The notes under the pieces are model-generated. The model did not search any database and had not been told where the DNA came from. It was given only the letters and a program-made list of their open reading frames with translations. This document shows positions 63,077-64,000 of a DNA stretch of 64,000 bases, one piece after another (the stretch's first letter is position 1; each line of letters begins with the position of its first letter). This DNA comes from Trypanosoma brucei. Lineage: Eukaryota. Location of the stretch: the NCBI GenBank assembly GCA_000002445.1, contig CP000068.1, forward strand, positions 896,001-960,000, in the 5' to 3' direction. The position numbers were made by a program, and so were the translations under genes.

Positions 63077-64000
63077 ATGGCTAAGAAAAAGAAGTCCAAA
63101 CGGGGCGTAGAAGTAAAGGACATCAGCAACTTTCAGTATGGATACCGTGCGGATTCGTCCAACGCGGTACGTACTCCTGTGGCAACTCGGAGAGTTCCTG
63201 TTGATCCTGCTGTTTTGAAACGCGCATACATTTTGCACAACTTCCAGTTTGTGCTCCGGCATGACGCTCAGCAACTCAGAGCTGTCCCTGGTTTGCCGCA
63301 GAGGCCACACCAGGTAACTGAAGCCCTTCGACTGAGTGGTACAACGCCCCCGTGGGATCTCATTATTGCAGTGGTGGCACGGGGGACGTGGGAGGAGTTT
63401 CACTGCCCGGTGTGCCTGGAGGAGCCACAGGCAGCGCGTATCACGAGTTGTGGCCATGTCTTTTGCTTGGTTTGTGTACTGCAGTACATTTCTAGGCGAA
63501 AAGCGGAGAGCAAGCAGCGGACTTGTCCAGTGTGCAGCAACTTTATTACCGTGGCCTCCCTACGGCCCTGTATGGTCAGGTTGGTAGAACCGCCATCCGT
63601 GGGTGCCAGGGCTTCTTTCACCATGCTGAAGCGTAAAGGGGACTCTTGTATCTTGCTTCGGCAAGATGATCCCTGCTGGAAGGAAACGACCCTTACCGAT
63701 GACGAACTCCGTCTTCCATTCTACGGTGAGCCGTCCGCAACATACAGTAGGTACGTCATCTCCACGGAAAGCGGCGAAGCTACATTGCGTGAGGACGAAT
63801 GCACAGCAATAACGAGGCAAATAAGTATGCTTGAGGCGCAGCCAAGGCCGTTTACATCATTTGATGATGACTTACTTAAAAGGGCCGAAGACGCTCTCCG
63901 ACTTACCCTGCAGGGAGTTCCACAGCAACAATCGGCGGGTGAAACTCGCTCTTCCCCTCCTCTTGCTCCTAAAACACCGGGTACGGAAACAAACATGGCT
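63077..64000 (+). CDS. RNF10/Mag2-like RING-finger E3 ligase; 5' partial that continues beyond the window end
   Basis: An ORF that is not in the track because it lacks a stop inside the window. The ATG is at 63077 (MAKKKKSKRG...). 'ILHNFQFVLRHDAQ...WDLIIAVVARGTWEEFHCPVCLEEPQAARITSCGHVFCLVCVLQYISRRKAESKQRTCPVCSNFI' matches the RNF10 architecture ('NCQFVV...WDFVEQVRI...[46 protein letters not shown]') as recalled. Confidence 0.6.
   Translation, partial: MAKKKKSKRGVEVKDISNFQYGYRADSSNAVRTPVATRRVPVDPAVLKRAYILHNFQFVLRHDAQQLRAVPGLPQRPHQVTEALRLSGTTPPWDLIIAVVARGTWEEFHCPVCLEEPQAARITSCGHVFCLVCVLQYISRRKAESKQRTCPVCSNFITVASLRPCMVRLVEPPSVGARASFTMLKRKGDSCILLRQDDPCWKETTLTDDELRLPFYGEPSATYSRYVISTESGEATLREDECTAITRQISMLEAQPRPFTSFDDDLLKRAEDALRLTLQGVPQQQSAGETRSSPPLAPKTPGTETNMA

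Noticed and set aside
1-64000. Operon-like functional clustering (three flagellar genes; SLU7 near an RS-like protein)
   Set aside because: Kinetoplastid polycistrons are not functionally organised, and the neighbours are unrelated (HDAC, PRPS, PARP, STI1). The co-location is treated as coincidence.
1-64000. Prokaryotic feature classes: CRISPR arrays, Shine-Dalgarno sites, rho-independent terminators, IS elements
   Set aside because: Gene content (IFT, SLU7, histone deacetylase, PARP, STI1) and polyY-AG trans-splice signals identify a eukaryotic kinetoplastid nuclear sequence. No direct-repeat/spacer array is present.

Overview
This window reads as a chromosome-internal core region of a kinetoplastid nuclear genome, most like the Trypanosoma brucei group. 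Genes are intronless, densely packed and co-directional. A minus-strand gene block (about 1.0-19.7 kb) and a plus-strand block (about 27.3-64 kb) diverge from an ORF-free stretch of about 8.4 kb (19.7-28.1 kb). That stretch has the layout of a divergent strand-switch region, where RNA polymerase II transcription starts in trypanosomes. Real ATG starts sit just downstream of polypyrimidine tracts followed by AG, which is the trans-splicing signal. Several ORF-track starts are non-ATG extensions. I call about 23 protein-coding genes. The confident calls are the co-chaperone STI1/HOP, a PRPP synthetase, a zinc-finger-less poly(ADP-ribose) polymerase, IFT121/WDR35, the splicing factor SLU7, a class-II-type histone deacetylase, a Rib72/EFHC-type flagellar protein with three DM10 domains and an EF-hand, and a 2.2-kaa VWA8-like protein with AAA+ modules and a C-terminal vWA domain. 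Further calls are a ZSWIM2-like E3 ligase with SWIM, RING, ZZ and RING fingers, an RNF10/Mag2-like RING protein that runs off the right edge, a J-domain protein, a protein with an RIIa domain and IQ motif, a TPMT-family methyltransferase, and a FASTK/heptatricopeptide-like protein that is probably mitochondrial. The remaining calls are conserved hypotheticals. I could find no tRNA, rRNA, snRNA or CRISPR feature. The main non-coding signals are strand-asymmetric GT/AC composition across the switch region (candidate GT-rich Pol II promoter elements), microsatellites and homopolymer runs, and two isolated telomere-like 10-mers that I treat as chance. All homology calls come from motif recognition by eye, with no database search. 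The locus assignment (T. brucei chromosome 5 near STI1/PARP) is from memory and unverified.
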